A stretch of 53,100 bases of DNA from Kiritimatiellia bacterium (GCA_046482825.1 JAWOEI010000093.1:1-53100); one strand, 5' to 3'. Positions 19,316 to 29,702 are shown, numbered from the stretch's first letter. Numbers and translations are program-made. Notes: a model not told the origin generated them from the sequence alone.

Positions 19316-19343
19316 CTCCACCGTTAACCTGATAACAGCGGAG
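19316..19343 (-). promoter_or_regulatory. Hairpin upstream of argJ (5' leader structure, or end-of-transcript structure of the RND operon)
   Basis: On the minus strand CUCCGCUGUUA/UAACGGUGGAG forms an 11-bp stem with two G-U pairs, which favours this strand. No clear U-tail. Confidence 0.35.
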
Positions 19344-19516
19344 AGATTTCCTCAAAAGTCATATATATTTGAATATTCTGACTGAAAAGTCGATGAAAAA
19401 CGCATATCAGAGGAAATAATCTGGAAACATTTCCCTTTGATTCCGGCTGAAAGCAGTTTTGGGTTATTCCCTGATTTCAGGAGTTCCCATCACGTTTCCG
19501 GAAATCGCGCCGCCGC

Positions 19517-20932
19517 CTACCGGAGCTGACGCCACCCGCCCCCGAGTGCTTTATAAACCCCTATGAGGTTGCGTGCGATAGTAGCGCGGCTGATCACCAC
19601 AAGTTCCTCGTATTTCAACAGAGAACGTTGAGCATCAAGCACATTGGTAAAATCTGAAAGGCCCTGACTATACTGATCCTGCGCAATGTCAACAGCATTA
19701 CGGGCGGCTCCGGCCGCCTTCTGCAGTGATTCAAGACGTTCATATTCATGAACATAAGCTGTGAGATTATTACGCAGCTCAGCAACGGCATCCAGTACCG
19801 TCAACTCATAGCTGATGAAGGCCTGCTCATGCAGAGCCTTCTGTATCTCGATATTGGCGCGTATCGAACCGCCGTGGAATATCGGCCAGCTAACAGAGGG
19901 GCCCCAGGAATAGAAGCGACTGTCTGTATCCAGAAAATCACTGCTGCTGAGCGATTCCAGACCAATGGATCCATTCAGGGCGAATGTCGGATAAAGATCG
20001 GCCTCAGCAACGCCTATGGATGCACAGCGGGCTGCAAGACGCCGTTCCGCCGCACGTATATCCGGACGTTTACGCAAAGCTGAAGCGGGAATTCCGGTCA
20101 GGGTTCTGACCGGCACGGAAAGCATTTTCTCCGGGCTTTCAACGGCCATTCTGAATTCGCCGGGCATAACGCCGGTAAGAACTGCCAGAGCGTTCACAAC
20201 CTGCTTCATTCCGCTGCGGATTTCCGGAACAGAAGCCCTCGTCTGTTCCAGATTATAACGGGCCTGTTCAACGGCAAGATCATCGCCTATCCCCGATTCC
20301 ATGCGGGATGACAGGATATCCAGTGTATCCTGCTGCAACTTAAGGTTGGACTCCGCCACATGCAGACGCTCACACAACTCCTGATACGCCACATAAGCAT
20401 TCGCTGTTTCAGCGGCGACAACCACCCATACGTTCTCGTAAGTGGCACATGCAGCCTCGAAGTCTGCCCGGGCCGCCTCTATGGAACGTCGTCTGCGTCC
20501 GAAAATATCCACTTCCCAGCTGGCGTCGAAACCGGCCCGGTAGTTATCGCCATCAGCCGGCAATCCAGCATTATCGCTGTTGCGGTAACGACTGTAGGAA
20601 CCGGCCGAATCAACAACTGGCAGCAGACCGGCGCGGCTGACACCAAGCAAAGCGCGTGCCTCACGCACCTGCGCCAGGGAATCGGCCAGCTTCAGGTTGT
20701 TCATCAAAGCGCTTTCCACAAGATTTGTCAGCACAGGATCATCGAAAACACGCCACCATAATGTAATTTCATCAGCCGTGATCTCCGCTCCTTCCTGGTT
20801 CAGCAGATCATCAACACGCAGATCCTTCCATTCAACGCCTTCATAATCAGGACCGACGGCCTTGCAGCCAGCAAGGGTCAGCATAATGGCGGCCGCAGAA
20901 ATAATTGCTGCAAAAGTATAAAATATTTTCAT
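19517..20932 (-). CDS. RND efflux outer membrane factor lipoprotein (NodT/OprM family)
   Basis: Lipobox LAGC, VGPDY, WWRVFDDPVL, ASWEVDIFG, RPDIRAAE and terminal YKALGGGW. Confidence 0.92.
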   Translation of the reverse strand: MKIFYTFAAIISAAAIMLTLAGCKAVGPDYEGVEWKDLRVDDLLNQEGAEITADEITLWWRVFDDPVLTNLVESALMNNLKLADSLAQVREARALLGVSRAGLLPVVDSAGSYSRYRNSDNAGLPADGDNYRAGFDASWEVDIFGRRRRSIEAARADFEAACATYENVWVVVAAETANAYVAYQELCERLHVAESNLKLQQDTLDILSSRMESGIGDDLAVEQARYNLEQTRASVPEIRSGMKQVVNALAVLTGVMPGEFRMAVESPEKMLSVPVRTLTGIPASALRKRPDIRAAERRLAARCASIGVAEADLYPTFALNGSIGLESLSSSDFLDTDSRFYSWGPSVSWPIFHGGSIRANIEIQKALHEQAFISYELTVLDAVAELRNNLTAYVHEYERLESLQKAAGAARNAVDIAQDQYSQGLSDFTNVLDAQRSLLKYEELVVISRATIARNLIGVYKALGGGWRQLR

Positions 20933-21026
20933 TGTAAATCCTCTCTGTTTTACCGGGCGAATCAGATTTAATGCGATTCCATTTGATTCCCGGCTCCTGA
21001 TTTCCGATCTCTACCTCCGACAGCTA

Positions 21027-24000
21027 TCAATGATCTCCGATAATCTTCACGCGGACATCATGCATTTTTTCGCGGAAGGTCTGAAAAAGTGAATACAGCC
21101 CCGGCACAAGAGCAATACCGAAAAAAGTCGCAAAAAGCATCCCGCTCAACACCGTCACACCGATGGATTTGCGACTCTCGGCACCGGCACCGGTTGCATA
21201 GACCATAGGCAACACCCCCAGAATAAAGGTGAAGGCGGTCATAAGTACAGCGCGATAGCGTTCACTGGCTCCGCGCAGGGACGCATCAACCACGGAAAGT
21301 CCGTTTTCACGTTGAGTTTTACAAAACTCGACAATCAGAATGGCATTTTTTCCGGCCAGGGCCACCAGCAGAATCAAACCCAGCTGAGCATAGATACTCA
21401 CAGGCATCTTCATCACCACCAGCCCCAGCATTGCACCGCAAGTAGCCACGGAAACCGAGGTCATCACCGGCAGAGGTATGGTCCAGCTCTCATACTGCGC
21501 CACAAGAAACAGGTAACCGAACACCAGTGCCATTGCCAGCAGTATGCCAGTCTGACCGGAAGCACGCTGCTCCTGAAAACTCAACCCCGACCAGGAGTAA
21601 CCGTAGTCATCGGGAAGGATTTCCTCAGCGACTCCTTCTATCTTTTTCATCATTTCACCGGAACTGGAGCCAGGCATCAGCATAACGGTAATGCCGGCAC
21701 TCGGAAAGAGGTTATAACGGGAAACAGTACGCGGACCGAAAACGGGTTCAATTGTGACCAGAGAACCTACAGGCACCATATCTCCGCGATTGCTCTGCAC
21801 ATAGAGTTTGAGAATATCGTCCTTATCGTTACGGGCATTCCATTCAGCCTGAATAATAACCTGGTTCACCTGTGTACCGACATTTACGTCATTGACATAA
21901 CGTGATCCGAGATAACTCTGCAATGTACTGAAAATTGTACTGACAGACACATCAAGCAGCTCAGCTTTTAAGCGGTCGATATTAACCCGCAGCGAGGGTG
22001 TCTGAGCATTATAACCACTGAAAGCTGTCAGAACCTCCGGCAGAGCGTTGATTTTTTCCAGCAGGCTGTTCATCTCCTTTTCCAGACGAATGGGGTCCGA
22101 ATCAGCCAGCGACTGAAGCTGAAAATTCAAACCGTTACTGAATCCCAGACCTGGAATAGCCGGTGGCAGGAAGCTGTTGATAACAGCATCGGCAATGGTT
22201 GAAAATTTTTCCCGGCAGCGATCCATGATAGCATTGACATGCAGATCAGGCGACTTACGTGTACTCCAGTCATCGAGTCCGATAATCAGCATGGCACAAT
22301 TCTCAGCGCGTCCGCTGACCATAGCGAAACCGGTTACTCCGAGCACAAACTTGATGCCTTCATCATCACGGATAAGACTGGATGCCTGTTCCACTACTGC
22401 CTCGGTCCGGATTTTAGAGGCACCTTCAGGTAGCCGCACGTCGGCAAAAATCACGCCCTGATCCTCTTCCGGCAGGAAACTGGTAGGCATCATATTAAAC
22501 ATTTTCCAGAAGAGCAAAGCAAAAACCAGCAGAAACAGAGCGGAAAGACCGATACGGCGTACAAGAAAACCGCTCATCCGCACATATCCGTTACGGCAGC
22601 GGTTCAGGCTCCTGTTGAAAAGTGCGAACGGACCACGTTTATGCGGTTTCGGTTTACCCAGCACAGTGGCACAGAGCGCCGGGCTCAGAGTCAAAGCGTT
22701 AACGGTGGAAAAACATATAGCAGCCGACATGGTCACTGCGAACTGCTGATATATCTGGCCGGTTATGCCGGGAATAAAACCTACAGGCACAAATATAGCG
22801 AGCAGCACCAGAGTAGTGGCTATAACAGCCCCGCTGACTTCCTGCATTGTCCGCATTGTGGCATCTTTGCGCCCCAGGTTTTTCTCAGTCATAAGATGCT
22901 GGACACGCTCAACCACCACAATAGCATCATCCACAATGGAACCTATCGCCAGCACCAGTCCGAAGAGTGTCAGAGTGTTTATACTGTATCCAAGGGCAAT
23001 CAGAACAGCAAAAGTAGCTAAAAGCGAAACTGGAATCGTCAATGCGGGTATAAGTGTGGCCCGCCAATCCTGAAGAAAGAGATAGCAGACCATCACCACC
23101 AGCATAAAGGTCAGGAGCAGAGTCGTGGCAATCTCTTTAATTGATGCGCGCACAACTTCGGTTGCATCATAGGACGTGAAAAGCGCCATATCATGCGGCA
23201 GTCGTTTACGGAGTTCCGCCAGCACCTTCTGCAGCTGGTCCATCGTATCAATTGCGTTGGTCCCGGGAGTCTGACTGAGCGCAAGTGAAACCGCATCCGC
23301 TCCGTCATAGTTGCCGCTGTAGCCGTAGTTAGACTCGCCATATTCAATTTTTCCTATATCTTTCAGAAGCAGAACACCGCCGGTCTGTTCATCGGCACGG
23401 ACAACAATCTCACCGAAATCATCGGGATTATTAAGCCTTCCGGTGGCCTGCAGAGCGAACAGACGCTGTGCAGTATCATCAGTAGGAGCAGCCCCCACCT
23501 TACCGACCGCCGCCTGCAGATTCTGAGATCGTATCGCCGCAATGACATCATCCGTACTCAGCCCCAGGGAAGCCATCCTCCCGGCCTCCAGCCAGACACG
23601 CATACTGAGCTTGGGCCCGTAGATATCGACGCCGCCGACACCGTGAATGCGTTTGGCCTCATTCTGCACGTAATCATAGGCGAAATTACTCATTTCCAGT
23701 CGTTGGCGCGTGTTGCCGGGCGAATGAATATTCAGGAAACCAAGCATACTTGATGAACGGGTTTCAACAGTAACGCCCTGATCATTGATCTCCTCGGGCA
23801 GACGCGGCAGAACCTGCTGCAGACGGTTCTGCACCTTGACCATGTCTATATCGCGATCTGAACCGACCTCAAATGTCACAGTGAGATTATAGTTGCCGGA
23901 ATCATCACTGGTGGACGACATATAGAGCATTTCATCCACACCGTTAATCTCATCCTCGATGGGAATAGCGACAGTTCGGGCAACCTCCTGCGCATTGGCA

Positions 24001-24155
24001 CCGGGATAACGGGTACGAACCTGAATTTCAGGCGGCGTCACCTCCGGATACTGAGTGACCGGAAGATTCTTTATCGCAAGAACTCCGGCCAGCGAGAGCA
24101 CAACAGAGATAACCATCGCGAAACGGGGACGTTCTATAAAGACTTTGGAAATCAT
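21027..24155 (-). CDS. RND efflux permease (HAE1/AcrB family)
   Basis: [15 protein letters not shown], proton-relay [18 protein letters not shown] and RAVLMT; 1042 aa. Confidence 0.95.
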   Translation of the reverse strand: MISKVFIERPRFAMVISVVLSLAGVLAIKNLPVTQYPEVTPPEIQVRTRYPGANAQEVARTVAIPIEDEINGVDEMLYMSSTSDDSGNYNLTVTFEVGSDRDIDMVKVQNRLQQVLPRLPEEINDQGVTVETRSSSMLGFLNIHSPGNTRQRLEMSNFAYDYVQNEAKRIHGVGGVDIYGPKLSMRVWLEAGRMASLGLSTDDVIAAIRSQNLQAAVGKVGAAPTDDTAQRLFALQATGRLNNPDDFGEIVVRADEQTGGVLLLKDIGKIEYGESNYGYSGNYDGADAVSLALSQTPGTNAIDTMDQLQKVLAELRKRLPHDMALFTSYDATEVVRASIKEIATTLLLTFMLVVMVCYLFLQDWRATLIPALTIPVSLLATFAVLIALGYSINTLTLFGLVLAIGSIVDDAIVVVERVQHLMTEKNLGRKDATMRTMQEVSGAVIATTLVLLAIFVPVGFIPGITGQIYQQFAVTMSAAICFSTVNALTLSPALCATVLGKPKPHKRGPFALFNRSLNRCRNGYVRMSGFLVRRIGLSALFLLVFALLFWKMFNMMPTSFLPEEDQGVIFADVRLPEGASKIRTEAVVEQASSLIRDDEGIKFVLGVTGFAMVSGRAENCAMLIIGLDDWSTRKSPDLHVNAIMDRCREKFSTIADAVINSFLPPAIPGLGFSNGLNFQLQSLADSDPIRLEKEMNSLLEKINALPEVLTAFSGYNAQTPSLRVNIDRLKAELLDVSVSTIFSTLQSYLGSRYVNDVNVGTQVNQVIIQAEWNARNDKDDILKLYVQSNRGDMVPVGSLVTIEPVFGPRTVSRYNLFPSAGITVMLMPGSSSGEMMKKIEGVAEEILPDDYGYSWSGLSFQEQRASGQTGILLAMALVFGYLFLVAQYESWTIPLPVMTSVSVATCGAMLGLVVMKMPVSIYAQLGLILLVALAGKNAILIVEFCKTQRENGLSVVDASLRGASERYRAVLMTAFTFILGVLPMVYATGAGAESRKSIGVTVLSGMLFATFFGIALVPGLYSLFQTFREKMHDVRVKIIGDH

Positions 24156-25408
24156 ATTTCGGCTGCTCCGTCGTTTACAGTGATACTTACGGATTCATGT
24201 CTGCCAGCATGTGACGGCATTTCCTCATCAACCCTCACTTTGACACCGTCTGAAAGGTTTAGAACACCTTCAACAACAACCTTTTCTCCATCCTTGACAC
24301 CTTCCATCAGCTCTACAGCACCTTTAAAAGTATCACCTGTTTTAACTTTGCGTCTGACGACTTTGCTGCTCTCAGCCAAAACATACACAAAGTCACCGTC
24401 GGAATTTGTATGCAGGGCGCTTTGAGAAATAACCGGATAGGGATGCGGATCTTTTTCATCTATCATAACAGTGACATAGCTGTTGGGGACCAGCAGACCG
24501 TCAGTATTACTGAAACGTATGCGTATAGACAGGTTTGCGGTACGGCCCGACATTTCATTGTTTTCAAAATCCGGTTCACCGCTTAAATCAGGAATTTTTC
24601 CGTTTGGCAGCCTGAGCCGCAGCCGCATCGTATCCCACAGGCGTTCATGGGAGATTTTATCACGCCATTCAAAATATTCGCGGTCTGTCATTGAAAAAAC
24701 AACGCGTATCGGATCCATCTGCACAATACGCACCAGTGTCCCTATAGAAGGCGCAACATAATCTCCGACAGTGGCGACGGCACGTCCTGTTTTACCGGAA
24801 ATAGGCGCATGAATGCGACAGTGCTTCAAATCGATTTCCGCCATACGCACACTTGCCTGCGCCTGCACAACCCCGGCCCTTCCGGCGGCGACGTCGCTTT
24901 CCGCCTTGTCCATATCAGCCTGTGTTATACCGCGCGCATCCGAAGCATTAAGTCTTTTCAGATAGCGTTCAGCACGCTCTACCTCCGCCTCGACCTGTGC
25001 CAGCTCGGCCTTGCGCAGAGCCACCACAGCCTCATAAGGTTCAAGGTCTATTTCAAACAGCAAATCACCTTCCTCAACTGATGCGCCTTCCTTGAAATTG
25101 ACTTTTGTGACATAACCCGAAACGCGGGCACCGAGATCAACATCTCTGACAGGCTCAACCCTGCCGATAAAATCAACTGGAGGATTGAGCGCTTTAAGTC
25201 CGGCCCGTTCCACCCTCACCAGAGGTTCACCGTCCTCAGCAGGCAGCAGACCGGCAGGCAGACCCTGCTCGGCATCCGGCATAATATCTTTAACCAGCCA
25301 TCCGATTACAAATGCGCATATTGCGGTAAACAGAACACCAAGAAATCTGGCGAGTGGATGTTCCTTCCGCTTTGTCCCTTCTTCACTGTGTATTTTTTTC
25401 TTCGTCAT
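24152..25408 (-). CDS. RND efflux periplasmic adaptor (MFP)
   Basis: N-terminal TM, ARVSGY...[15 protein letters not shown], helical hairpin, IHAPISG and DPIRVVFS. Overlaps the permease start. Confidence 0.92.
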   Translation of the reverse strand: MTKKKIHSEEGTKRKEHPLARFLGVLFTAICAFVIGWLVKDIMPDAEQGLPAGLLPAEDGEPLVRVERAGLKALNPPVDFIGRVEPVRDVDLGARVSGYVTKVNFKEGASVEEGDLLFEIDLEPYEAVVALRKAELAQVEAEVERAERYLKRLNASDARGITQADMDKAESDVAAGRAGVVQAQASVRMAEIDLKHCRIHAPISGKTGRAVATVGDYVAPSIGTLVRIVQMDPIRVVFSMTDREYFEWRDKISHERLWDTMRLRLRLPNGKIPDLSGEPDFENNEMSGRTANLSIRIRFSNTDGLLVPNSYVTVMIDEKDPHPYPVISQSALHTNSDGDFVYVLAESSKVVRRKVKTGDTFKGAVELMEGVKDGEKVVVEGVLNLSDGVKVRVDEEMPSHAGRHESVSITVNDGAAEI

Positions 25409-25469
25409 AAATTTTTCCTTTTTGAAACTGTTTCCTGCTGATCAGCAGGGTTCTTTTGACAGACTGAAA

Positions 25470-26084
25470 TCACTGCGCCCGGATATTTTTTTCAACCGAA
25501 TCAATTAAACAATCGAACACCGCATCCACATCATAATCCATATCATCAGCACCCAGCCGGCAATGCAGCATGCCTATCCAGGTCAGCCCTATCATGTACG
25601 CGACATTCATCACATCCACTCCCGGACGCAGTTCCCCGCGTGCCTGCATGGAGCGGAATGCCGTGGCTGTCACATTGATCAGGGAATTATCAAGTATTTT
25701 AAGCTGTGCACCGACATTCTTCAGCGCTGGCCTCGACCAGTCCAGGTTCAACAGCATTTTGATATGCTTGCGGTTGGCTGGCACCTCAATCACACGGGCC
25801 ATCCATTCCTTGAGACCGGTGCGCAACTCATCGAAATTTTCCGGCTGAGAATTAATAATACGCTGATCACCGATCGCTTCATCGACGATATACACAACCA
25901 ACTGTTTCAAAAGTTCCGGTTTGCTGCTGAAATGCCAGTAAATCGCGCCTTTACTGAGCTTGATTCGGTCGGCAATTTTCTGAAAGGTTGTTTTGTCGTA
26001 ACCTTTTTTGGAAAAAATATCCAAAGCGGCCTTCAATATCTTAAGCCGTGTTTTTTCAGCGTCCTCTTTGGTTCTGCGAGCCAT
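25470..26084 (-). CDS. TetR/AcrR family transcriptional regulator
   Basis: MARRTKEDAEKTR...IADRIKLSKGAIYWHFSSK is an AcrR-type HTH. GGAG lies upstream of ATG 26084. Confidence 0.92.
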   Translation of the reverse strand: MARRTKEDAEKTRLKILKAALDIFSKKGYDKTTFQKIADRIKLSKGAIYWHFSSKPELLKQLVVYIVDEAIGDQRIINSQPENFDELRTGLKEWMARVIEVPANRKHIKMLLNLDWSRPALKNVGAQLKILDNSLINVTATAFRSMQARGELRPGVDVMNVAYMIGLTWIGMLHCRLGADDMDYDVDAVFDCLIDSVEKNIRAQ

Positions 26085-26114
26085 TTCAACTCTCCAATCA
26101 GTTATCGGTCGTGG

Positions 26115-26144
26115 ATTATACATACCTTCTGGTAGGTATGTAAA
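26115..26144 (-). promoter_or_regulatory. sigma70 promoter overlapped by a 24-bp AcrR-type operator
   Basis: Minus strand TTTACA-N18-TATAAT. Inverted repeat TACATACCT-N6-AGGTATGTA at 26119-26142. Confidence 0.8.
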
Positions 26145-26146
26145 CA

Positions 26147-26174
26147 AAAAAATCAAACAGCTGTTTGATTTTTT
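26147..26174. promoter_or_regulatory. Perfect 28-bp palindrome just upstream of the tetR promoter
   Basis: AAAAAATCAAACAG-CTGTTTGATTTTTT with no spacer. Confidence 0.5.
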
Positions 26175-26299
26175 GAGAGAGATGAAATCGGCCTTTAACC
26201 GAATAGCGGATACAAAAACCAATGGTGTTGCGGAAGATCAGAAAGTTCATTTCTGCGGTTAGAGGTGACGTATCTCAGACATCCGTCCAGTTTCAGGTT

Positions 26300-27745
26300 C
26301 TATCCGTCATCGGGTGTGAACCCGGATGTATCACTGTGTGTATCATTACGGTCACCAAAACGCGTAAGCTCATCAATAAAGTTCAGACGCACTTCACCTG
26401 TCGGCCCGTTACGATGTTTGGCAACATCGACGATGGCAAGTGTTTTATCATCGAACTCATCGTCCTTCGGCGCTTTGCAGGGACGTCTCAGAAGAAGTGC
26501 CACATCGGCATCCTGTTCGATGGCGCCGGAATCACGCAGATCGGAAAGTTTCGGTTTCTGGCTCCTGTCACCGCGCTGTTCCGGATTACGGCTGAGCTGA
26601 CTCAGCACTATCACCGGAATACTCAGCTCCTTGGCCATGGCTTTTATCTGGCCGGATATCTGCGACGTTTCAATCTGACGGCCCTGTCTGGAGAACTCAC
26701 GGTAGTTGCAGAGCTGGAGATAGTCGATGACTATCAGTTCAATATCATAACGCTTCTTCATGCGGCGGGCACGTGCACGCATATCCATTACATCAAGGCC
26801 GCCGGTATCATCCACATAAATCGGAGCATCCTTCAAGTCGTTTGCCGCTCTGCTAAGCTGCATATTTACATTTTTCGGGTTGAGAATACCCTGATCGATC
26901 TTAAAGGACGGCACTCTGGCCATGCCGCAGAGCATACGCATAGCAAGTGATTCTGTGGACATTTCGAGTGAAAACACACCCACTCCATGTTTACGGTTAT
27001 GTTCCCCTTTCATAGGCGGACCTTCAACAGTTCTTCCCAAAGCAACGCACTCCGCTATGTTCATAGCCAGCGAGGTCTTACCCATTGACGGACGGGCCGC
27101 AAGCACAATCATTTCACCGTTGCGTAACCCCTTGAGTTTTCTGTCAAGATTAGACAGCCCCGTAGGCATCCCGGCGACACCCCCGGCCCCAAGCGTAAAA
27201 AGACGGTCGATATGGGTAATCGTATTATTGACAGCCTGCTCCCAGCTCAGCCCCGTACCTTCCTGACGCTCGGAAATGCTGAGAAATTTCTGTTCTATTT
27301 CGCCCACCAGCAGATCAGCACTGACACTTTCCCTGTAACAGCTTGATTCCGCTTCACGCGCATACTGAATAATTCTGCGCAGCAGATGCTTCTGCCGGAT
27401 AATACCGATATAATATTCCGAGTGGGCAGCTGTGGGAGTCTGATCTATCAGCGACTGTATGTAGCCCACACCACCGCAGTTATCCAGCTGCTTTATGGAA
27501 CGCAGATGCTCGCAGACCGTCAGAGTATCTATAGTCTTTGATGCATGCGACATACCTTTGAGTGAATCAAAGAGTAATCTGTTGCGCTGATCATAAAATG
27601 TTTCCGGAACAATATGATTCTGCTCGCACAGATCCATAACTCTCTGACTGTCCAGCAGAATAGAGCCCAGAACCCCCCTTTCCGCCTCTTTGCTGCTGGG
27701 AGGAGTTCTTAAAGCGGTTTTAATATTTACGTTCTCTTCATTCAT
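26300..27745 (-). CDS. dnaB: Replicative DNA helicase
   Basis: PPSSKEAERGVLG, LAARPSMGKT, FSLEMS, IDYLQL, LSQLSR, SDLRDSGAIEQDAD and KHRNGPTG. Confidence 0.97.
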   Translation of the reverse strand: MNEENVNIKTALRTPPSSKEAERGVLGSILLDSQRVMDLCEQNHIVPETFYDQRNRLLFDSLKGMSHASKTIDTLTVCEHLRSIKQLDNCGGVGYIQSLIDQTPTAAHSEYYIGIIRQKHLLRRIIQYAREAESSCYRESVSADLLVGEIEQKFLSISERQEGTGLSWEQAVNNTITHIDRLFTLGAGGVAGMPTGLSNLDRKLKGLRNGEMIVLAARPSMGKTSLAMNIAECVALGRTVEGPPMKGEHNRKHGVGVFSLEMSTESLAMRMLCGMARVPSFKIDQGILNPKNVNMQLSRAANDLKDAPIYVDDTGGLDVMDMRARARRMKKRYDIELIVIDYLQLCNYREFSRQGRQIETSQISGQIKAMAKELSIPVIVLSQLSRNPEQRGDRSQKPKLSDLRDSGAIEQDADVALLLRRPCKAPKDDEFDDKTLAIVDVAKHRNGPTGEVRLNFIDELTRFGDRNDTHSDTSGFTPDDG

Positions 27746-28065
27746 AATTTATATGGAGACATTATATATTCTGTTCACTGAAATCTCACATAAATTGAAT
27801 CAACAATCTGCATTCAGTTTATCAACAGTTTGTTGACAGCTATTACATCCCGACAACTTGTTCCGCAGTGAGTTTGTATGGGCGGCATAAAGCTTATGCA
27901 GCAGTAAACTTCCGGCCCTGTTTTCAATAATTTTTTTCATCAACTCATCAATATTATCAAACCGGAACAGCTCAAAACCGCACTTGCGCTTGATTTTCTT
28001 GTATGATATCCTTAATTAAGGAAATAAGGAAGGGAATATGCTGACACTATGAAAGATGGCAATTC

Positions 28066-28800
28066 ATGAAAGTAACTGTTTATGACAACAAGTCGGAAGT
28101 CGAAGCAGCCGCTGCCTGTCAGGCAGCCGAAGGCATAAAAACCGCGATTCTTTCAAAAGGTTGCGCCAATGTAATTCTGGCTGCGGATACCAGCCAACTC
28201 GACATGATCAATGTACTGGCATGTGTTCCTGAAATCGACTGGTCCTGCGTTACCGTTTTCGGTTTAAGTGAATTCATGGGGGTTGATGTTACACATCCTG
28301 CAAGTTTTCGCAGACATCTTACAGAGCGCTTCGTTGAACGTGTCGGCAATCTCAAAGGTACATATTTTATCAAAGGAGATTCCGAAGACCCCGAGGCCGA
28401 ATGCAGACGAATGAGCGATCTGATCAGTAAAAATCCTGCGGACGTGGCTTGTGTAGGCATAGGAGAAAATGGGCATCTGGCCTTTAACACCCCCCCTGCT
28501 GATTTCACAACCGACACTCCCTATGTTGTAGTACAACTCAATCAGGAATGCCGGGAAAAGCAGTTGGGTGAGAACTCCTTCTCTGATATGGAAAGTGTTC
28601 CTCTACAGGCAATCAGTATGAGTTTAAAACAAATAATGAAAAGCCGTAAAATCATTGCCGCAGTTCCCGAAAAGAGAAAAGCCCAAGCCGTTCGGAATAC
28701 ACTGAAAGAAAATATAAGTCCCGAATTTCCGGCCTCTATACTGAGAAGTCACCCGGATTGTCACCTGTTCGTAGATAAACCCGCAACAGCGCTCATGTAA
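28066..28800 (+). CDS. Glucosamine-6-phosphate deaminase (NagB)-like protein, probably catalytically altered
   Basis: HPASFR, GIGENGHLAFN, VPLQAISM, PASILRSH and LFVDK fit the NagB fold, but FGLSEF replaces F.(L/M)DEY. Confidence 0.8.
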   Translation: MKVTVYDNKSEVEAAAACQAAEGIKTAILSKGCANVILAADTSQLDMINVLACVPEIDWSCVTVFGLSEFMGVDVTHPASFRRHLTERFVERVGNLKGTYFIKGDSEDPEAECRRMSDLISKNPADVACVGIGENGHLAFNTPPADFTTDTPYVVVQLNQECREKQLGENSFSDMESVPLQAISMSLKQIMKSRKIIAAVPEKRKAQAVRNTLKENISPEFPASILRSHPDCHLFVDKPATALM

Positions 28801-28829
28801 ATACAGGGATCGTAGATAAAGTCGTAAAA

Positions 28830-29393
28830 TTACTTAATGCGGATACGTTCACCAGCTGTTTTCCCTGCTGATTCATGCGTGGCTATTTCCACATAAAGCA
28901 CCTTATTGGATATAAAGTGATTCAGACTTGCATTCTGAGTGTAGGCGCAGGGAACTCTTATTCTGCGTATGCAGGCCTGATTTTTATGCCTCATTACCAG
29001 AGTCAGGATATTACCGTCGACATTTACATCAACATCCTCGTTTTCTGTACCCCCGGGAAGAGCGAATCGTACTTCATAGGTTTCATCTTGCTCCCTTATG
29101 TCCATCAGAGGCCGCAGAGGAAGTTCAACACTTTCGGAAAAAACCATTTTTCTTGCTATCTGCGCAACTTTACCCCTTTCGTAAGCAACTGGAGCTGTTT
29201 TTATAGTTCTTCCGATCCTGTAGGTATCAACTGCGTTTTTCCGCATCTCAAGACCTTTGCGCCTGCCCACACCCCCCTCCCTTTCCCAATGTAATTTCCC
29301 AACCCTCATAAAAGTTCCCATAAGGATGAAAATCACAAGTATTAAAAGGGTGTCAAACGCAATCCATGAGTATTTAAAATGTTTTCCTGTCAT
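28830..29393 (-). CDS. Membrane-anchored Hsp20/alpha-crystallin-domain protein
   Basis: N-terminal TM (WIAFDTLLILVIFILMGTFM), ACD signature PLMDIREQDETYEVRFALPG...DVNVDGNILTL, NKVLYVEI and C-terminal IXI (RIRIK). GGGAG RBS; start 29393 or TTG 29396. Confidence 0.75.
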   Translation of the reverse strand: MTGKHFKYSWIAFDTLLILVIFILMGTFMRVGKLHWEREGGVGRRKGLEMRKNAVDTYRIGRTIKTAPVAYERGKVAQIARKMVFSESVELPLRPLMDIREQDETYEVRFALPGGTENEDVDVNVDGNILTLVMRHKNQACIRRIRVPCAYTQNASLNHFISNKVLYVEIATHESAGKTAGERIRIK

Positions 29394-29444
29394 CAACGTA
29401 AAAACTCCCAACAGTCCGTCGCCGCACAGTCTGTCTCAGGACTA

Positions 29445-29460
29445 TGCAGAACTTGTGCCA
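29445..29460 (-). promoter_or_regulatory. sigma54 (-24/-12) promoter for the Hsp20-domain gene
   Basis: Minus strand TGGCAC-AAGTT-CTGCA: correct GG-N10-GC spacing, one mismatch to TGGCAC-N5-TTGCW. Confidence 0.7.
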
Positions 29461-29578
29461 TCAGAACACACTTCATTTTTTTCATTATAATCTGCGGCAG
29501 AAAAGAGAGTTATTTTAAGAATTCAGGGTTTAGTGATTTCAGTATTCTCCGCGACTCCAGAACTCCACGGAACATAAA

Positions 29579-29615
29579 GTGTCACTCTGCCGCAGAAAAC
29601 GCGTCAGAATGACGC
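29579..29615. promoter_or_regulatory. Tandem upstream activator sites for a sigma54 enhancer-binding protein
   Basis: GTGTCA-CTC-TGCCGC (29579-29593) and perfect GCGTCA-GAA-TGACGC (29601-29615), 22 bp apart, between the two sigma54 promoters. Confidence 0.65.
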
Positions 29616-29622
29616 AATAATA

Positions 29623-29650
29623 TTGATTTCAGACAGGACTTTGTTATACT
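29623..29650 (+). promoter_or_regulatory. Putative sigma70 promoter for the two-component operon
   Basis: TTGATT-N16-TATACT with extended -10 (TGn). Confidence 0.45.
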
Positions 29651-29670
29651 CTCAAAGGCTTGTGAACAGA

Positions 29671-29686
29671 TGGCACAATGCTTGCT
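29671..29686 (+). promoter_or_regulatory. sigma54 (-24/-12) promoter for the two-component operon
   Basis: TGGCAC-AATGC-TTGCT matches the TGGCAC-N5-TTGCW consensus exactly. Confidence 0.75.
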
Positions 29687-29702
29687 GAATGGTGGCAGAG
29701 AT

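Noticed and set aside
19345-19420. ARG boxes upstream of argJ
   Set aside because: AT-rich sequence with only a loose resemblance to TGAATAWWWATTCA; no convincing tandem boxes.
26222-26950. 242-aa plus-strand ORF and similar long antisense ORFs (4964-5581, 10090-10710, 17348-17908, 18700-19281, 21312-21905, 35301-35984)
   Set aside because: They are shadows of well-conserved genes on the opposite strand, with no independent motifs or RBS.
27746-28065. oriC at the point where gene orientation flips from minus to plus, next to dnaB
   Set aside because: The plus strand still looks C-rich to the right of the switch (hand counts C:G 15:13 and 18:11 in two sampled lines), so no skew inversion is evident. 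There are no perfect DnaA boxes and no dnaA/dnaN. Kept only as a low-interest regulatory note.
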